Of a DNA stretch of 64,000 nucleotides, positions 60,819-64,000 are shown one piece after another (within the stretch, counting starts at the first letter, position 1; every line of letters begins with the position of its first letter). Source of the stretch: Thermoproteota archaeon. GTDB lineage: Archaea; Thermoproteota; Thermoprotei_A; Sulfolobales; Ignisphaeraceae. The notes below the pieces were generated by a model. It saw nothing but the letters and a program-made list of their open reading frames with translations, made no database searches and had not been told where the DNA came from. Location of the stretch: the NCBI GenBank assembly GCA_030550585.1, contig JAUQPB010000001.1, positions 32,001 to 96,000 on the forward strand. The letters are read 5' to 3'. Position numbers and translations under genes: made by a program.

Positions 60819-61331
60819 ATGGCTAAAATAGGTATGAGGTTTGGAGAAGCTCTTGTTGGCGAAGAGCCTGAGGTCGCCCACATAGACTTGATTATAGGGG
60901 ATAAAGATGGGCCTGCAGGCATAGGCTTTGCATTTGGTCTAGCCCACCAGACATATGGACACACAAAACTGTTTGCCGTTCTAACACCAAATCTCCTTGT
61001 CAAACCTGTTACACTGATAGTCCCCAAGGTGACTATAAAGAATTTGAAGCAGGCAGAGCTTGTGTTTGGTGCTGCACAATACGCTGTTGCGAAAGCTGTT
61101 GCTGATGCTGTTGCCGAGGGCATCATACCAAAGGATATTGTTGAAGATGTTGTTATAATCTGTGGGGTGTTTGTCCATCCAGCTGCTAAAGACCCTGACA
61201 AGGTGTTCAAATTCAATTACGAAGCTACAAAGCTAGCTATTAAGAGGGCTATGGAGGGAGAGCCAAAGATAGACGAGATACTTGCAAAGAAGGATACTGT
61301 TGCACACCCCTTCTACAAGCCAAAGAAGTAA
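60819..61331 (+). CDS. fae: Formaldehyde-activating enzyme (H4MPT hydro-lyase)
   Basis: GEALVG..PEVAHIDLIIG, GHTKLFAVLTPNL.VKP, FGAAQ.AVAKAVAD, VFVHP, NYEATKLAI.RA, HPF. Confidence 0.93.
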   Translation: MAKIGMRFGEALVGEEPEVAHIDLIIGDKDGPAGIGFAFGLAHQTYGHTKLFAVLTPNLLVKPVTLIVPKVTIKNLKQAELVFGAAQYAVAKAVADAVAEGIIPKDIVEDVVIICGVFVHPAAKDPDKVFKFNYEATKLAIKRAMEGEPKIDEILAKKDTVAHPFYKPKK

Positions 61332-61335
61332 AAAA

Positions 61336-61776
61336 TCAACTCTTTTTCACTTTTTCAACAACCCTAATACCCTCGATCACTGTGTATGGGTATTGACCCT
61401 GCTCATCCTTCTCATACTTCTTAACCATATCCCACACATTTAGAAGTGCTATTGAAACAGCTGTTAGAGCCTCCATCTCCACACCTGTTCTCTCACGGGT
61501 CTTAACCAAAACCTCTATGCAAAGCCTTTCATCTTCAAGCCAGATCCTGGGCTCTACATAGTCTATCTTTATGGGGTGGCAGAAAGGCAGTATCATATGT
61601 GCTAGCTTGGCAGATGATATCGCCACGAGAGATGATGCTGCTATAACATCGCCTTTCTCAATCTCCCTATTTCTAATCCTCTCAACAGTTTCTCTCCTAA
61701 GCTTTATACACCCTCTTGCAACAGCTTCTCTGAAAACCTCGGGCTTTTCACTCACATCAACCATTTTTACAGACAT
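61336..61776 (-). CDS. moaC: Cyclic pyranopterin monophosphate synthase MoaC
   Basis: MVDVSEK, KGDV, LPFCHP, TGVEMEALT, WDMVK. Confidence 0.95.
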   Translation of the reverse strand: MSVKMVDVSEKPEVFREAVARGCIKLRRETVERIRNREIEKGDVIAASSLVAISSAKLAHMILPFCHPIKIDYVEPRIWLEDERLCIEVLVKTRERTGVEMEALTAVSIALLNVWDMVKKYEKDEQGQYPYTVIEGIRVVEKVKKS

Positions 61777-61813
61777 AGATTTTAACCTCTGAAAAAACTG
61801 TTAAAACATATTC

Positions 61814-62305
61814 GTGGTGTCTATGCTAATATCCTTTGTAGATGCTAAAAACGGTTTAAAGTTCCTAGAGTACCTTAGAAGCCTCGGATGTACTGTAGAT
61901 GAAGAGGCGCACACAGTGCTACCAGACTCGTCTGAGTATGGTCTATACGCCTGCAGACAGAACGGCACTCTCAAAGCGGTTTTCGTAATGCATTATATAG
62001 ACCATCACTACGCAGCTCTAATGAATCTCAAGGATGATGCTAGTGATAGAGAGGTTATAGAGGCTTTGCTAAAGGCGAAGGAAAATGGGGTTTGGATGGC
62101 GCCGACAGAGCCTGTAATATATATATCAGTTGATTATGATATTGTTAAAAAGCTTGGTATGTACGTAGATGAGATCCCGTCTGAGGCTTCAAAGCATGTA
62201 GAAACATACCTCAATTCCAATACCAGCTGGAGAGAACTGCTAAGAGAAGTTGTTCCCAGTCTAATCAGATTCGTTCAGAATATTGCAAGCACAGCTGAAG
62301 TTTAG
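61814..62305 (+). CDS. Hypothetical protein
   Basis: 163-aa ORF filling the space divergent from moaC. Confidence 0.7.
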   Translation: MVSMLISFVDAKNGLKFLEYLRSLGCTVDEEAHTVLPDSSEYGLYACRQNGTLKAVFVMHYIDHHYAALMNLKDDASDREVIEALLKAKENGVWMAPTEPVIYISVDYDIVKKLGMYVDEIPSEASKHVETYLNSNTSWRELLREVVPSLIRFVQNIASTAEV

Positions 62306-62392
62306 TTTCTTGGATGAGTTTGAAAGTTTATATATAGCTCCAAATGATAGCTACAGTAGTGATAGTTACTGCAAAAGGGTAAGCTAAGTGGT

Positions 62393-62716
62393 ATGCGAGT
62401 AGCTGAAAGTGAGATGCAAAAACTTGTTGATATAGCTAAGGAGATGTGCTCAAGATATAGGGTCTTGTGTCTAGAGCCTGCTGGGGAACTAGACTACAAG
62501 TTGCTGGTGTTTTCACTGACATGGATAGAAAACTTTTTCTATGTGGATCCGCAGATGTGTAGCAAGGATGCTACATGTGCTGAAAAGGTTATTGAGATGC
62601 ATAGAGATGTTCTGAATTATGCTCTAAGAGGAGAGTATATAATTGATTTACGCAAAGAAAAGTTTCTAGAGGCTGTGGAGAAGCTTCTCAAAATAGAACA
62701 GCCTTCGACTCCCTAA
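62393..62716 (+). CDS. Hypothetical protein
   Basis: 107-aa ORF with 4 Cys (SLTWIENFFY.DP..C..D..C). Confidence 0.7.
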   Translation: MRVAESEMQKLVDIAKEMCSRYRVLCLEPAGELDYKLLVFSLTWIENFFYVDPQMCSKDATCAEKVIEMHRDVLNYALRGEYIIDLRKEKFLEAVEKLLKIEQPSTP

Positions 62717-63281
62717 GTCTTCTCCAAGGATTGAAGCAAAGCTCTCTCCACAGTTGACTAGCCACAACCCTATTTTGAGGTAGCGATGCTATGTAGTCTA
62801 GCTCTAGATGCCCTTTATACAAGACTGTGTCGTCTTCGTACGAGCATGCAAGCCTTTCTAAAAAGTTTATGGTGCTCTCCTTAAGATGTTCAAAAGGTAT
62901 CTCGATGTAGCCAAGACCCCTAAACATTTTAATCGATGCTATGTTACCTCTATGCGTGGTAGCCACATACATGTTACTACCAGATATGTATTCGGCTGAG
63001 GACACAAGAACCTTGCCTATACCCCTCCCCCGATACCTTTCATCGACAGCCACATAATATATTACAGTCAAGTCATCTGGGCTAAGCCCAGCCTTGTAAA
63101 ACACCAGCGACCCTACCGCAACGTTATCAACAAATGCTATCAATGCCCTACACCTCCCCAGCTCTAGACATGTTGTAGCAAAGTAGGTGTGGTACCACCC
63201 CATGTTTCTAGTCAGAATAGCTTTGACCGTATCTAGGCATTCCACACTACATTCATCTATCTTCACTTTTATCAACCCCAT
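62688..63281 (-). CDS. GNAT family acetyltransferase
   Basis: VAVDERYRGRGIG, NIASIKMF..LGY. Confidence 0.9.
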   Translation of the reverse strand: MGLIKVKIDECSVECLDTVKAILTRNMGWYHTYFATTCLELGRCRALIAFVDNVAVGSLVFYKAGLSPDDLTVIYYVAVDERYRGRGIGKVLVSSAEYISGSNMYVATTHRGNIASIKMFRGLGYIEIPFEHLKESTINFLERLACSYEDDTVLYKGHLELDYIASLPQNRVVASQLWRELCFNPWRRLRESKAVLF

Positions 63282-63369
63282 TTATTTTCGGCTATCTCTC
63301 TCCTTTATAACCTTCTACTCAATTAAATAATACTGTAGTATTTCACAAGTGCTACCACGGCTGATAAAT

Positions 63370-64000
63370 GTGCTTTCAAACACCCTCGACTTCGCACTAA
63401 CACATTTTGGCACTATTAGAAGTAAGGTTGATGAGGTAATAAGCTTTGATGTTGCTAGAAACGTCAAGTCTATGTGGATTTTCTATAGGGGATATCGAAA
63501 CTCTTATCAAAAGAGGTATAAGATAACGGCAATTGATAGTGGATACAACTATAGGGAGTTCCGAGGATATGCACTCTACATACAGAATACGGTGTGGGTT
63601 TCTATAGATGGTGGTGGCGAGGAGATGAGCAATGGTGTAGTCGATATAGATGTTGTGTCTAGTAGCAACGTAGAGTATGATCTTTCTCTACTCTCATCGA
63701 TAAGAGAAATAGATTTTATGTGCAAGCTCATTCAAAGCTCTGACATTGTTTTGATTGATGGTAGTCTAATAGCTGTGTTCTCAAAGTTTAGAAAGGCTTT
63801 GTTTGATGGGGATAACGAGCTTGTTGAGGCAAAGGGGTTTAACATCAAAAACGTTTTGAATGACCTGCTGATAACACTTTCTTTGTATCCAAGGAAAGTG
63901 TTTTTCATATCGAAGAACTCCACAGCTAAGGATGTTCTCGGCCTAGTCAAAGGGGATATATACTACTTCGAGAGATATACAGACGGGTTGCCCGGGTATA
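63370..64000 (+). CDS. nurA: NurA family nuclease (3' end runs off the window)
   Basis: Manual translation from GTG 63370: TAIDSG, VLIDGSL, FISKNS, GDIYY; open to the window edge. Confidence 0.85.
   Translation, partial: MLSNTLDFALTHFGTIRSKVDEVISFDVARNVKSMWIFYRGYRNSYQKRYKITAIDSGYNYREFRGYALYIQNTVWVSIDGGGEEMSNGVVDIDVVSSSNVEYDLSLLSSIREIDFMCKLIQSSDIVLIDGSLIAVFSKFRKALFDGDNELVEAKGFNIKNVLNDLLITLSLYPRKVFFISKNSTAKDVLGLVKGDIYYFERYTDGLPGY

Overview
Gene-dense, AT-rich archaeal DNA that looks like a hyperthermophilic Desulfurococcales crenarchaeon. An Ignisphaera-like host is inferred from the co-occurrence of Fae, an archaeal-type ThyA, PaREP1, NreA, NurA, glycoside hydrolases and multiple box C/D sRNAs. 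Most of the window is housekeeping and transport genes. No CRISPR array, rRNA or tRNA was seen. Main points of interest: (1) a ~14 kb cluster (28.1-41.8 kb) with a QNG1/Q-salvage-like Fe-S glycosidase behind a BMP nucleoside ABC importer, a RACo/ASKHA corrinoid activator divergent from thyA, and a wHTH-PfkB fusion divergent from an ECF importer, possibly a modified-nucleoside/C1 salvage module; (2) four unannotated box C/D guide RNAs and a three-hairpin K-turn/ACA RNA; (3) an MFS gene broken by an exact 26-bp insertion copied from the neighbouring gene; (4) a threonine-synthase-like gene split at a G-GGA-AAA slippery heptamer; (5) a decaying accessory region (41.8-50 kb) with PaREP1, HEPN/MNT, a TnpB-like remnant and an orphan ABC/HExxH membrane cassette. 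All family calls come from motif recognition by eye; no searches were run.
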